Below are positions 8,692 through 19,425 of a stretch of DNA of 64,000 bases, one piece after another. Numbering within the stretch: position 1 is the first letter of the stretch; every line of letters starts with the position of its first letter. Under the pieces are notes generated by a model that worked only from the letters and a program-made list of their open reading frames with translations, searched no databases and was not told where the DNA came from. The position numbers were made by a program, and so were the translations under genes. This DNA comes from a virus: IMG/VR virus record IMGVR_UViG_3300032238_000977, positions 1 through 64,000 of that record; one strand, given 5' to 3'.

Positions 8692-9482
8692 CAGATTCTT
8701 TCCCACCTTTCGGGGACAAGATCAGAATCATCCAATTCAGCCTTATCCCCGAACCAATTTTTAGGAGCGATTACTCTTTTAGAATTAGATAACCATGCTC
8801 CCCACCAAGAGAATGATGAATTAGCAACAATGTGATAATCACACATCGTCATCAAGCACAGATCAACTACATTACTATTGGATTCGGAAACAAGGAATCT
8901 ATCAGATTCAAAAATCTCTTGTGCTTTGCACCAACGAACATCGTCAGAAAAAATAACAACAGGAATATCAGCATTAAGTTTGGATAATGCCTCTTCATAA
9001 TATTCCATTGAACAAATGGGATGATAATCCTGTTTACCCAAATAGTCCCCTCTACGAATATGAAGAGAAATTGCTTCTGTTCCAAAGGAAAACATTTCCT
9101 TACATGGTTTTACAATTTCATCTTTAAAGGTGAAGTCTTTTTTAATTTCATCTTCAATGTGAGAAAAATATTTCTCGGATTGAAAAAATCCATAAAGATT
9201 AATATTATCCTCACAATTATCAAATAGTTCTTGATCAAAATTGAAACCTTTTTCTTGGATGTAAGGTGCGCCCAAAACTTTTACTTCTTTTACAGACTCA
9301 AGTTTAAAGGCATCAAAAAGTTGATGATCTTTTTCTTCGCCAGCTTTTGGTTCTACCCGAAAATCGCTTGGAGGAATGCACCATTCATATTCATGTTTTT
9401 CTGCAATTCCCTTCAGTGCAGCATACTGGAACATTTGATTTCCAAGTCTACCGTTTCTACCTAAGTGGTTATAACCAATCAT
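8691..9482 (-). CDS. Glycosyltransferase family 11 (alpha-1,2-fucosyltransferase-like)
   Basis: GRLGNQMFQYA, HIRRGDY, FSDD, NSSFSWWGAWL. Confidence 0.92.
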   Translation of the reverse strand: MIGYNHLGRNGRLGNQMFQYAALKGIAEKHEYEWCIPPSDFRVEPKAGEEKDHQLFDAFKLESVKEVKVLGAPYIQEKGFNFDQELFDNCEDNINLYGFFQSEKYFSHIEDEIKKDFTFKDEIVKPCKEMFSFGTEAISLHIRRGDYLGKQDYHPICSMEYYEEALSKLNADIPVVIFSDDVRWCKAQEIFESDRFLVSESNSNVVDLCLMTMCDYHIVANSSFSWWGAWLSNSKRVIAPKNWFGDKAELDDSDLVPERWERI

Positions 9483-9489
9483 AATTACC

Positions 9490-10161
9490 TCATCGAATAT
9501 CCTGAACAAAAAAATGAAAACCAAAAGTATCTACACCGTCATGATGTGGTGATATATGCCTTTCTTTTGAAAATTTAGCCGCAACTTCTATTGGAGCAAA
9601 CTTACATCCTTGCTCTTCATATATATGCCTATTATGTACACATATATTTCCATCTTCCGAAGTAGATCCATAATTAAAATGCTTATAGAAATCTCCTTGA
9701 TTAACTTCCCATTCAATATATGCATTCTTAGGAACATCAAGAAGTTTTTTACTTCTAAAAGAAAATCCACCATTACCGACAGAAATATGCTCACCAAAAG
9801 GAGTTATGAATGATGCTTCTTCCCATCTCCATGGGGCTCCGATGTAATCGTAGTTGAGCCATTCATTATCCCATTTCCACGGTCTAATAACATACCCATC
9901 CGGTTGAACAAGTAAACAATACTCAGTATCGATATGTTGAGTAAGATTATAGATGCAATAATAGTTGTAATCATGGATTGATTCTATCTTGTAACATTGC
10001 GAAAATTCAATCCCTCCAGGTAAATTTCCAGGATCTTCATGAGTGATCAATTTAGTTGCGCCAAAGTTAATTCCCTCCATACTTTTTTGGAGGGCATAGA
10101 CTGCTCCAGGAATATTATTTGATGAAATGCAGAATAAAGTTACATTTGGTAAGTTAATCAT
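9490..10161 (-). CDS. DUF5672-like putative glycosyltransferase
   Basis: LLVQPDG, YDYIGAPW, VGNGGFSFRSKK, FGFH. Confidence 0.75.
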   Translation of the reverse strand: MINLPNVTLFCISSNNIPGAVYALQKSMEGINFGATKLITHEDPGNLPGGIEFSQCYKIESIHDYNYYCIYNLTQHIDTEYCLLVQPDGYVIRPWKWDNEWLNYDYIGAPWRWEEASFITPFGEHISVGNGGFSFRSKKLLDVPKNAYIEWEVNQGDFYKHFNYGSTSEDGNICVHNRHIYEEQGCKFAPIEVAAKFSKERHISPHHDGVDTFGFHFFVQDIR

Positions 10162-10925
10162 TTTTTATTACGTTCAGATTCATTAATTTGTTCATAGTTA
10201 AATTTTAAATCTTTTCTAACCATAAAGATATTACCACCTTGTCCCCAAGGACAATCTTGTCCCCAAGGACCTCTAACCAAAAGTCCATGAAGATCTTCAT
10301 GGAATTCTTCATCAATTGGAGTTAAGAGAGGAAAGTTTTTATCTTCAATTGAAAAAGTATGACCAGGATCTTTCAGATAATAACAATCGTGTGTACTCTG
10401 ATATTGTTCAACTACACTCCAGACATTATAGTTGTCTAGATCAGGCCAACCTCTTCCATACTCAAATTGGATGTATTTGATATCTTTAATAATATCATAA
10501 TACTCTAGTATTTCTGGTTCAGATCCCTCAATATCAATTTTTAGATAATCAATTTTTCCAACAATATCACATTCTTCCATAACCTCATCAAACTTTCTAA
10601 TCTTTACTAGAGATAAATTACTTCCAGTGAATCTATGACGTTGAATGGATTCCATGCGTTCATCATATTCAACTTCTGCATTTTTATTAGAAAGTCCAAA
10701 AGCAAAAGTAGATATATTAAATTCTTTATCTTTGATACTTTCGTTCAATTTTTCTATAAAATATTCACTAGTATCAAAAAGATACATTTTAGTGGTTGGA
10801 CTGATTAATGCATATTCGTAGTTTTCTCTACAACCAATATCCACAAGAACATCAACGTCATCTTTGACTATTTCAAATATTTTTAATTCATAATAAACTT
10901 GTGTAACTAGGTCAGTTGAAGACAT
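10158..10925 (-). CDS. FkbM-family SAM methyltransferase
   Basis: VDIG, IDYLKIDIEGSE, IQFEY. Confidence 0.8.
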   Translation of the reverse strand: MSSTDLVTQVYYELKIFEIVKDDVDVLVDIGCRENYEYALISPTTKMYLFDTSEYFIEKLNESIKDKEFNISTFAFGLSNKNAEVEYDERMESIQRHRFTGSNLSLVKIRKFDEVMEECDIVGKIDYLKIDIEGSEPEILEYYDIIKDIKYIQFEYGRGWPDLDNYNVWSVVEQYQSTHDCYYLKDPGHTFSIEDKNFPLLTPIDEEFHEDLHGLLVRGPWGQDCPWGQGGNIFMVRKDLKFNYEQINESERNKK

Positions 10926-10942
10926 TTTTTTCCTCAAAAAAA

Positions 10943-11878
10943 TTAATACTTATAATCATAATTATCTCTTTCTTCTATACAAACTGAACTTGGATAAAGA
11001 TCTCCATCTTTATCCATCCACAACCATTTCTCATCAGAAACAATACTATCCCAAGGTCTCCACCAACCAGTAGACCTAGACCAATCAAACCAATACTTAG
11101 GAACTATAACATTTTTCAATTCATTATTAGTCCATATAGGCCAAAAGGCAAAAGTGGACGAAGATATAATTGCGTACTTACATGTATTTAAAATACTGTA
11201 ATCAATTGAAACTGGACCACCAGGATACTTATACCAAGAAATATTTCCCTGATATTGATCCTTTTCCTCCGAAATTGCAGATCCCACAACTTCAACTCCT
11301 GGAATCAATTTCCTAGCAGTATGAGGATCATCCGTAACGATAACAAATTTGATATTAGGATTATTATCTAACATATGCTTCATTGCATTTTGATAATATT
11401 CCGAAGGAAGCATAGAACCACCAGTTGTATAATCACCTCCACGAATTTGAATTACACAAATATCTTCAGAAGAATAATCCCTAACTTTATACTTATCATC
11501 ATAAGATAACCATTCACAAATTTTATCACGATAATCTTCAATATACTTCATTCTTTGAAAATCACCATTTAAATAGGTATTATCCTTAATAGTGAGAAGA
11601 TTTTCGTCAACATATCCAACTGGTCCTACTGGACCATGAACCCAATGCTCATGGTAATAAGAATCAATCCCTTCAGGAAAAACTTCCGGTACATCAGAAT
11701 CTGTTTCAATATTTAAATCAATATTCTTACCAAAATCAAAATTAAGAAAAGGTCCACGCCAACCCGGATGACTAATTGCATAATCATATCCAAGACGATC
11801 TGCAATAACTCTACAGGTAACCGCTCTCCAAATCTGGTTTCCAAGACCAGCATGTTGATGAATACTTACTGCTAACAT
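10943..11878 (-). CDS. Glycosyltransferase family 11-like
   Basis: GLGNQ, QIRGGDY, VTDD, SSSTFAFW. Confidence 0.8.
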   Translation of the reverse strand: MLAVSIHQHAGLGNQIWRAVTCRVIADRLGYDYAISHPGWRGPFLNFDFGKNIDLNIETDSDVPEVFPEGIDSYYHEHWVHGPVGPVGYVDENLLTIKDNTYLNGDFQRMKYIEDYRDKICEWLSYDDKYKVRDYSSEDICVIQIRGGDYTTGGSMLPSEYYQNAMKHMLDNNPNIKFVIVTDDPHTARKLIPGVEVVGSAISEEKDQYQGNISWYKYPGGPVSIDYSILNTCKYAIISSSTFAFWPIWTNNELKNVIVPKYWFDWSRSTGWWRPWDSIVSDEKWLWMDKDGDLYPSSVCIEERDNYDYKY

Positions 11879-11880
11879 GA

Positions 11881-12477
11881 TTAAATCCTATGATATTTGT
11901 TACTGTATTTTTTTCTAAGTATAGTTAAACCATTATTCCAAGGAAGAGTTGCCCACTCCCAGAACTGAGGATTAAGTTCTGCAACAGCCCGATAAGGACC
12001 ACCCCCAGCCCATTGCCCATCTTTTAAAGTTAAATCTGAATGATAAAATGGATCAGTATTTCCATACATTAAATCGTGAAGTAAGATAATACTACTAGGA
12101 CCTACCAATTCATCAAGAAGTTCTAATTGTTTTTTAACGTGAGGATATGAATGCCAATCATCAACGTAAACAATATCAATTTTTTTATCTTTAGGCCATT
12201 GCTCAAGAAACTCAATACTATCTTGTTTGCAGAAAGTATAATTTCCGTTATTTGGTCTAAACTCTGTAGGTGAATTAATATCCACCGACCATAGATGACC
12301 ATTATTTAATTTTGCTGCTTCATACAAAGGTTCTGTTGTATGCCCTTCTCTAACTCCAAGTTCAACATAAGTTTTACCTTTTGAAGCTAAAGCGATTGAA
12401 AAAATTGAAATAATATGTCGGTCAGAATCTAGACCTCCATGCAATGCTTTATTGCAAAAATTATTTAACGAGTTCAT
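11881..12477 (-). CDS. Class I SAM methyltransferase (Methyltransf_24-like)
   Basis: VELGVREG, SVDI, IVYVDDWHSY, LLHD. Confidence 0.8.
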   Translation of the reverse strand: MNSLNNFCNKALHGGLDSDRHIISIFSIALASKGKTYVELGVREGHTTEPLYEAAKLNNGHLWSVDINSPTEFRPNNGNYTFCKQDSIEFLEQWPKDKKIDIVYVDDWHSYPHVKKQLELLDELVGPSSIILLHDLMYGNTDPFYHSDLTLKDGQWAGGGPYRAVAELNPQFWEWATLPWNNGLTILRKKYSNKYHRI

Positions 12478-13417
12478 TTATGCTTGAATACTTATTTACA
12501 ATATTATCATAAAAATGAGGAAGGGTCAATCCGTTAAGATTCATAGACTTGACTTTTTGATAGAGATGATCATTTTCTATTAAAAGATTTTCATCTAAAT
12601 CTTCATATTGATCAACAAAAAGTATCGGATAATCTTTATACAATTCCTCCAAATATGGATGTCTCCGCATTACAGGAACTCTTCTAAGATATATTACTTC
12701 CCAATTTCTATGACAGTCTAGTGCATTACCAATTGGACATATTATAAATTTGTGATTTAAAATCTTTTTTAAAAAAGATTCATAATCAACTCTTTCCCTA
12801 TCAACTAGTGCCCATTTCTTATCTTCAAATATTTCATTAATACCAAGTCTTTCTTTTGGATTAGTATTAATGCTATGGTTTATGTATAAGAGATTTGATG
12901 GGTCAAAATCCTTATATTTTTTCATAACAAAATTGAGAATTTGATTCCTATTATCGGATGAATTCATTTGTCTTTGAAGTCCATACGGAGCAGGGATAAC
13001 TTTACCTCCCCAAGAAACTGCATTTGTAGCAGAAATACACCGTACATTATTCGGAATCAAATCAAATATAAATTCATCTATTGGAGTGTCTTCTAAATTT
13101 GTAAAGATTATGAAGTTCATGTCTTTAAAATTAGAACACAAATTTAAAAGATCGCTCGTCTCCATTAAAGATTGGACATATTTTTTATCTTCTGGTTTTA
13201 CATCTTTAATATCCCTTTTGTAAAGTCTGATATTATCGATAAAAAGAGTCATATAATTACGTCTCTTTTTTATCTCAAATAATTTACTTACAAATTCAAG
13301 ATTAGTTAAGTTTGCATCTTTCATAAAAGATGTGAAAATATTACCCCATTGCCCAGACTGGTCTCCGAAGGAATAATCACATAATTTGGAAAGTGCTACA
13401 CCTTCAATTAATTCCAT
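12461..13417 (-). CDS. Exostosin/GT47-like glycosyltransferase
   Basis: HKFIICPIGNALDCHRNWEVIYL..VPV motif. Confidence 0.6.
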   Translation of the reverse strand: MELIEGVALSKLCDYSFGDQSGQWGNIFTSFMKDANLTNLEFVSKLFEIKKRRNYMTLFIDNIRLYKRDIKDVKPEDKKYVQSLMETSDLLNLCSNFKDMNFIIFTNLEDTPIDEFIFDLIPNNVRCISATNAVSWGGKVIPAPYGLQRQMNSSDNRNQILNFVMKKYKDFDPSNLLYINHSINTNPKERLGINEIFEDKKWALVDRERVDYESFLKKILNHKFIICPIGNALDCHRNWEVIYLRRVPVMRRHPYLEELYKDYPILFVDQYEDLDENLLIENDHLYQKVKSMNLNGLTLPHFYDNIVNKYSSINELVK

Positions 13418-14268
13418 GGTTTAATAAACGAAGAATACTTTTCTTGATTATTCAAGATATATTCTGGAAAACTATCGTCCAAAGGAACTGTAGGATAAAC
13501 AACTCCCCTGTTCAATGGGTCCAATCCGTTTTCTATTTTTTCTTCGGCAGTATCAATTACATCAGGAACATTCATATGACAGTCTGCACAAGCAGAAAGT
13601 TTTGCTCTGAACTTTTCAGCGTCTCCAAAATAACTCCAATGCCATCCACCAGATTCTATTTTGTATGATGTTTCAACACTTTGCCTCAGTTGATCTGCAC
13701 TAATTTCTTTTAGATGTTTCCAAGAACATAGTCTACTACCAAACCAATTTTCTTGATAAAGAATATTTAATTTATAATAAAATGATCTTTGAAGGCAAGC
13801 GTAATGATTATTGGGATCAAACCAATCCAAATCTTCTAAAATATATGGATTAATAATTTCATCGGCATCGCTTACAATTACAATATCATCATCTGTTATT
13901 CCAGCTTTGATTAGACCATAAACAGTACAATCCCTAGCATAGATGTCTCGTTGGTATCTAAGTGGAATTTGATGAAAAGGTTGCCCACAATTAACATCAA
14001 TATTTTTGTATGGTGTATGATATTGCTTTTTCTCAATATAATCTGAAAAATCTGTTGGGATAGTTTCAGTGATATTGTGAATTATTTTATCATTAAATTT
14101 AGAAAATTTATCTTTATTTTCCAAATAGTAAAGTGGTTTCTCATTCCCACTGATTGTAAAAGGAGATTCAGTGAGAACAAAAAAATCAACTACATCATTT
14201 AAAATATTAAGTCTTAATTCTAGAAGTTCCAGTTCATTGAAAAATCTAAAAGTATCAAAAACTTTCAT
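13408..14268 (-). CDS. Glycosyltransferase family 17 (GnT-III-like)
   Basis: DTFRFFNELELLELRL, TISGNEKPL, VSDADEI, GGWHWSY. Confidence 0.85.
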   Translation of the reverse strand: MKVFDTFRFFNELELLELRLNILNDVVDFFVLTESPFTISGNEKPLYYLENKDKFSKFNDKIIHNITETIPTDFSDYIEKKQYHTPYKNIDVNCGQPFHQIPLRYQRDIYARDCTVYGLIKAGITDDDIVIVSDADEIINPYILEDLDWFDPNNHYACLQRSFYYKLNILYQENWFGSRLCSWKHLKEISADQLRQSVETSYKIESGGWHWSYFGDAEKFRAKLSACADCHMNVPDVIDTAEEKIENGLDPLNRGVVYPTVPLDDSFPEYILNNQEKYSSFIKPWN

Positions 14269-14269
14269 A

Positions 14270-14938
14270 TTAATCTCTTGCAATTACAATTAATCCATTA
14301 TTTTCTTCAGTCTCATAATTAATTTCCCATTCAGGATTTTCTTCCAAGAATTCGTCAATTGCTTTTTTGATTCCACCCTCGCCATCCAAACTGTCTCTAT
14401 TTGGATGGTTTACATCCATACTAGGATATCCTTCTCCCCTTTTACCATAAGTAAAAGTATCATGAAAGGCAATATACTTTCTTACTTTACCTGCATGAAG
14501 TTCTAGTTCTTTTTTAAGTTGATCGTAGCAATGCCATGTATCAATGAAAAGAAGATCAGTTTCTTCAATTTCAATTGTGAGAACATCTGCACCAATATAC
14601 TCACAGTTAACTCCCAGTTCTTTTGCTTTTTCAAAGATAGAAATTAATTGGTTAACTTCACTAACTAGATGTGGTTCTGGGTTTTCATACTGATAATCGT
14701 AAGAAATAAATTTTTTAGGATTTGCATAAAGGAATGCTCGTGTACTATTTCCTCCTCTAGCTCCCATTTCAGTTACATGCTCACAGTCTTGTGCATATTG
14801 ATACAATACTGGTAGATGTTGGTAAATGTCGGATACATAACACTCACATGCTTCATCATAAAGTTCTTTCAAACTAAATGGTTTTTCAATCTTAGGTTTT
14901 TTATTTTTTGGGGTATAGACAAGTATTTGTGGTTTCAT
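14270..14938 (-). CDS. Class I SAM methyltransferase (Methyltransf_24-like)
   Basis: TEMGARGGNST, LLFIDTWHCY, IAFHDT, NNGL. Confidence 0.8.
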   Translation of the reverse strand: MKPQILVYTPKNKKPKIEKPFSLKELYDEACECYVSDIYQHLPVLYQYAQDCEHVTEMGARGGNSTRAFLYANPKKFISYDYQYENPEPHLVSEVNQLISIFEKAKELGVNCEYIGADVLTIEIEETDLLFIDTWHCYDQLKKELELHAGKVRKYIAFHDTFTYGKRGEGYPSMDVNHPNRDSLDGEGGIKKAIDEFLEENPEWEINYETEENNGLIVIARD

Positions 14939-14941
14939 TTT

Positions 14942-15934
14942 TTACTCCTTCCAATAGTCATAGATTCCTTGATTAACTTCATAACTCATATTCTTAACCT
15001 TTCTGTTTGGTTCTTTCATAGCCCAAACAAAAACCTTTTCAATCAATTCTTCAAGATTCGTATTATCTTGAAATTGTAACATTGACTTAGCCTTTGTATG
15101 ATCACAATAAGCATGTTTAACTTCATGTCTGGGTTGTCCATGCTCGATAGGCACATCATACCCATATTTTCTTCCTATTTTTTGGACCGTTTCTGCAACT
15201 TCATTTAATGAGAAATGCTTATCTGCCCCAATATTAAAAATTTCTCCGTCATAATCTGTTAACAGTTTATCAAACGGTTCCATATAATATTTAATATCAG
15301 AAAAAGCTCGTGTCTGGTTACCGTCACCATACACCAAGATAGGTTGATTATTTAGAGTTTTGCGAATAAAAATTCCAATAACATTGCGATAACGATCCCA
15401 GATATTCTGATAGATTCCCAGAACATTGTGGGGGCGAACAATATTATATCTCAAACCAAATTGTTCGTGAGCAAGTTTTAAATCACACTCAACAGCATAT
15501 TTTGCTACGCCATAAGGATCAATTGGTTGTGGTCTTTTATCTTCGATAAAAGGTGGTTCTTGAGCACCATACACAGCCATACTAGATGTAAAAATCATTT
15601 TAGTATTATGATTAATACACTCATTAATTAAATTTGCTGAGCAAATAAGATTATTTCTGTAGTTGTAGTTCCTAATAAATGGGGATAATCCTTCAGCAGC
15701 ATAAGCTGCAAAATGAAGAAGAACATCTGGTTTATGCTCCTCAAACAATTCAACTATTTTTTTCCTCTTCTCTAGATTAAGTTTTACAAAAGTAAAGTTC
15801 TCACCCTTCGTTACGAAAGATTTGTATCCACCAGACAGATCATCTATTCCGATTACTTCATGACCCCTAGATAACAAGTGCCTAGTGTAATTTGCGCCAA
15901 GAAGACCAGCACATCCCGTTACAAATATTTTCAT
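14942..15934 (-). CDS. NAD-dependent nucleotide-sugar epimerase/dehydratase
   Basis: TGCAGLLG, TSSMAVYG, YGVAK (YxxxK). Confidence 0.92.
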   Translation of the reverse strand: MKIFVTGCAGLLGANYTRHLLSRGHEVIGIDDLSGGYKSFVTKGENFTFVKLNLEKRKKIVELFEEHKPDVLLHFAAYAAEGLSPFIRNYNYRNNLICSANLINECINHNTKMIFTSSMAVYGAQEPPFIEDKRPQPIDPYGVAKYAVECDLKLAHEQFGLRYNIVRPHNVLGIYQNIWDRYRNVIGIFIRKTLNNQPILVYGDGNQTRAFSDIKYYMEPFDKLLTDYDGEIFNIGADKHFSLNEVAETVQKIGRKYGYDVPIEHGQPRHEVKHAYCDHTKAKSMLQFQDNTNLEELIEKVFVWAMKEPNRKVKNMSYEVNQGIYDYWKE

Positions 15935-16770
15935 TATTCTAATCCATATTTAACAATAAATTTTCTTTGCTCTTCGGTATTATACCATCCACCACCCTCA
16001 TGTGGATGGATTTTGATATAATTATCTAATTCCATTTCATGGACCTTAACATCAGTACTATAAAATATACTATGGTTTAGATTTTCAGTCAATAGCAAAT
16101 CTGTTGTGTAAATATCAGTCACATTACTAGAGCACAATGCGGAAGCCATTGCAAATGTGCCTACTCCAGATAGACCAACATGTTTAGATCTCATAAATGT
16201 AGAAATATCTTCGGAATTGCTCAAATGCTGAATTTTAATTTTATCAATTTTTTCCAATTCTGAAATTAAAGGATTATTATTGTCTGGTTGAGTTACAATA
16301 ATAGTGTTCTTAAAAGATTCAATAAGTCTCAAATAAAATACTAGAGGATTTGGAATATAATTCGTAGGAGGTTCAAAAATCTTATGGTATAAATCACCAC
16401 TTCTTAAATGAATTACAATAGTATCATCATCAAAAGGATCTCCAACTTCAACATTTAAATTTGGAGAAATATAATCTTTACAAACTCTACGCATATTTGC
16501 GTAAAGATATTCCCTACTCAATCCAATTTCATTCCCACCTTCAAAGACATCAGTTGTAGAATTATACCATTGTTGCCATGCAAAAAATCTTCCAGGAGTT
16601 ATAGAATCTTGCTCCTGTTCTCCAAAAGAAATTTTAAATTTTTTAATTATTTCATGATCTAAAGTTTGTTCAAAATTTGTTTTTTTATGCTCAGCAAGCA
16701 TGATTGCGTTTGCTACCTGCTGAATATTATTTCCAAACTGACCGGACCAATGAGAAACTGTATAAGTCAT
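15934..16770 (-). CDS. Divergent GT11-like glycosyltransferase
   Basis: GQFGNNIQQ, HLRSGD, GTF motifs. Confidence 0.6.
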   Translation of the reverse strand: MTYTVSHWSGQFGNNIQQVANAIMLAEHKKTNFEQTLDHEIIKKFKISFGEQEQDSITPGRFFAWQQWYNSTTDVFEGGNEIGLSREYLYANMRRVCKDYISPNLNVEVGDPFDDDTIVIHLRSGDLYHKIFEPPTNYIPNPLVFYLRLIESFKNTIIVTQPDNNNPLISELEKIDKIKIQHLSNSEDISTFMRSKHVGLSGVGTFAMASALCSSNVTDIYTTDLLLTENLNHSIFYSTDVKVHEMELDNYIKIHPHEGGGWYNTEEQRKFIVKYGLE

Positions 16771-17438
16771 TCCTTACCTTTGATAAAAAGTTCAACGCAT
16801 TCAATAAAATGACTTTCAAAAGGTTTCCATTTTTCTTCAGGAACAATCTCAGGATCAACGTACCAATCTTCAAACGGATTGTTACCATTAGCCACATGGT
16901 AAGCAACTAATTTATATCCAAGATCTTGTAGCAGTTCTCTAGACTCTTTAACTACATCTTGATTTCCACCAGCATAAACATCAGTTTCAAATGTAATAAC
17001 ATTAAATCTATATTTTTTAAGATCAATTGCTTTAAGTGCTGCAAGCGTTTGTTTAGCAGGTTCAATGTCTACTTGTAGATAATCAATCCTATTTGGAAGA
17101 TTATATTTTTCAAAATACTCACTATAGTTTACAGTGGTTGCATCGCAGGTGATAATTGGATTTTTCCTCTCATCCTCAAACATTTTGTTGAGGAGTTTGT
17201 CTCTATCAAAAGAGACTCCAGTCCAATCAAATTCACTCTCTAAAACATAAGTATTATTATAATCTATTGGATAACTTGACCCAATTTCTACATATGTTCC
17301 GTTCCTTTTTCCATCAAGAACTGTGAGAACAAATAAATCTTGGTACGCCTGGGAATAAGTTCTTTTTAATTTATCAGAACCTTTGAAGGTATGAAGCAAT
17401 TCATCTTTATGAGCTTCATAATAAGTATTAATATTCAT
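16767..17438 (-). CDS. FkbM-like methyltransferase
   Basis: YSQAYQD, YVEIG, NNTY.LE...WTG, IDYLQVDIE, EDWY. Confidence 0.8.
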   Translation of the reverse strand: MNINTYYEAHKDELLHTFKGSDKLKRTYSQAYQDLFVLTVLDGKRNGTYVEIGSSYPIDYNNTYVLESEFDWTGVSFDRDKLLNKMFEDERKNPIITCDATTVNYSEYFEKYNLPNRIDYLQVDIEPAKQTLAALKAIDLKKYRFNVITFETDVYAGGNQDVVKESRELLQDLGYKLVAYHVANGNNPFEDWYVDPEIVPEEKWKPFESHFIECVELFIKGKE

Positions 17439-17482
17439 TCAAGATCTCCAAACAAAAATAATTAATTTAAAAATTATAGAAA

Positions 17483-17490
17483 TATTTATA
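17483..17490 (-). promoter_or_regulatory. Late promoter TATAAATA inside the glycan island
   Basis: Exact octamer over the ugd stop codon, ahead of the largest intergenic gap in the island. Confidence 0.5.
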
Positions 17491-18655
17491 GGTCGATATT
17501 AAGTATGTCTTCATCAATATCAGATTCAGATTCAAAAAATCTTACTCTGTCATAATATTTTTCATACATCTCATCTTTTACTTTATCAATAACTGTTTGA
17601 TTGTCTGTAATATAAACTTTATATCCAGCATCCAATAGCATAGTACAAAGTTTATATTGTTGGCTTTCCGTTATGATATCCGTACCCTTTTTATATGCAA
17701 TATGATCAAAATGGAAAGGAACCTTGTTTACATTTTGATCAACAAAGTAGTTAAACAAAAATTTAGAATGTTCTTCATTAAAGCTGTCCGTAGTCAGTCC
17801 AAGATTGTATTGTAACCCCAATTTTTTAGCATAAGCAGCAAAAGATCGATTATCTCTCGGTAAGCATGGACCACCAAATCCAAATCCATATTTCATATAT
17901 TTGCTACCAATCCTAGTATCTTCCCCAATTGCCTTCAGAACGGTAGAGATTTCATCTTCCATTCCAGCAAGAGTCATGAGTTCACCAACCATGTTAGCAT
18001 AACTAATTTTTGTAGTGAGGTAACAATTAACTGCTAGTTTTACAAGTTCTGCAGCAGTTGTACTCATATTATATACATGAGGTTCTGTTACTTGAATCTT
18101 GGAATAGATCTCACTTATCTTAAAAATGTTATCGCTACTTTTTTCAGAAGTTCCAACCAAAACCATATCAGCATGTTGAAGATCTTTGACTATAGATCCT
18201 TGTGCAATAAATTCTGGATTATAAAATACATCAATATTATATGGATTCAATTTCTGTTGAAATAATTCACAATCACCTGGATTTGTAGTACACCCTACAA
18301 CAAAAATTTTATCTTTAATGTTACTATTTGTAAGAGCAGACTGTTCAATATCAGATACTACTTTCCATACAGAACTAACGTCATAACTACCATCAGGTAA
18401 GGATGGAGTTGCTACAAGAGTATAGACGATATCACATTCCGAAATAACTTCCAGATTATTTGTTGTTGCTCTGAAATTTATTGCATTATCCAGAAGTTCT
18501 ACTACTTCAGGTTCTTCCGTAATGATTAGCCTTTCATTCAATTTTTTAACATAATCATCACGAATATCGGATACGAGAACGTCATATCCCGCCTTTTCTA
18601 GAAGAAGAGCAAAGCAAATGCCCAATCTTCCAGTTCCAATTACACCAATTTTCAT
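17486..18655 (-). CDS. ugd: UDP-glucose/GDP-mannose 6-dehydrogenase
   Basis: GTGRLG, VATP, YNPEFIAQG, AELVKL..N, GFGGPCLPRD. Confidence 0.9.
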   Translation of the reverse strand: MKIGVIGTGRLGICFALLLEKAGYDVLVSDIRDDYVKKLNERLIITEEPEVVELLDNAINFRATTNNLEVISECDIVYTLVATPSLPDGSYDVSSVWKVVSDIEQSALTNSNIKDKIFVVGCTTNPGDCELFQQKLNPYNIDVFYNPEFIAQGSIVKDLQHADMVLVGTSEKSSDNIFKISEIYSKIQVTEPHVYNMSTTAAELVKLAVNCYLTTKISYANMVGELMTLAGMEDEISTVLKAIGEDTRIGSKYMKYGFGFGGPCLPRDNRSFAAYAKKLGLQYNLGLTTDSFNEEHSKFLFNYFVDQNVNKVPFHFDHIAYKKGTDIITESQQYKLCTMLLDAGYKVYITDNQTVIDKVKDEMYEKYYDRVRFFESESDIDEDILNIDL

Positions 18656-19425
18656 TTTAGCTTTGCAGTAATTAGTAAGTGCCAACCAAGATTCTTTTCA
18701 AGAGTCCTGAACATTTCATCAGGCATAGATTCAAACCAAGGTTGTTTGAGGTATTCACCTTTCTTATAAGGTTCTATTTGATATGGAAAGATATGATCCT
18801 GTTCAATTGAAAGAACTTCATATCCTTCCAATAATTCTACCACATCTTGCTTTGTATACGTCTTTGCAATCGGACAACCATACTGTGCTTCTGGTTGATC
18901 TAAACCAGATTCAATCATATAATTTTTCCAAGAATCTTTTGCATAAAGCATAATTTTGAGAATACTATTCTCATTCATATACTTCTTAATCTCAGAAATA
19001 ATCTTTTCTGGATGGGGACTATGATGAATTACACCAAAAGAGTAAATTAAATCATAAGTTTCTACTGGGACAAAAGAGGAGAGTTCTTCGGCATTACCAG
19101 AATAAAACTCTCCAGTTTGTGCAAATACTTCAAATCGTTTTCTAGCAAGTTCAAGACTTGATTCGGAAAGTTCTACTCCAGTATAATCAGAACCAACAGC
19201 AGCAAAGTTAATTCCAACAGTTGCAAGTCCGCAACCAATTTCTAAAACTTTTTTACCTTCCCATTTTGGAAATTCAGTAAACTTAAGAATATGAGGTTCT
19301 GCCGTAAACTTTTTCCGTTCTACTTCATTAAAGTATTCTTTAGTTCCAATCTCTTTACTGGAATGTTTTACGTTACAAGGACGATCATTCCAAAACTTTT
19401 TTACGTCTTCAATTGTTGCAGTCAT
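18652..19425 (-). CDS. Class I SAM methyltransferase
   Basis: VLEIGCGL, YDLIYSFGVIHHS. Confidence 0.88.
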   Translation of the reverse strand: MTATIEDVKKFWNDRPCNVKHSSKEIGTKEYFNEVERKKFTAEPHILKFTEFPKWEGKKVLEIGCGLATVGINFAAVGSDYTGVELSESSLELARKRFEVFAQTGEFYSGNAEELSSFVPVETYDLIYSFGVIHHSPHPEKIISEIKKYMNENSILKIMLYAKDSWKNYMIESGLDQPEAQYGCPIAKTYTKQDVVELLEGYEVLSIEQDHIFPYQIEPYKKGEYLKQPWFESMPDEMFRTLEKNLGWHLLITAKLK

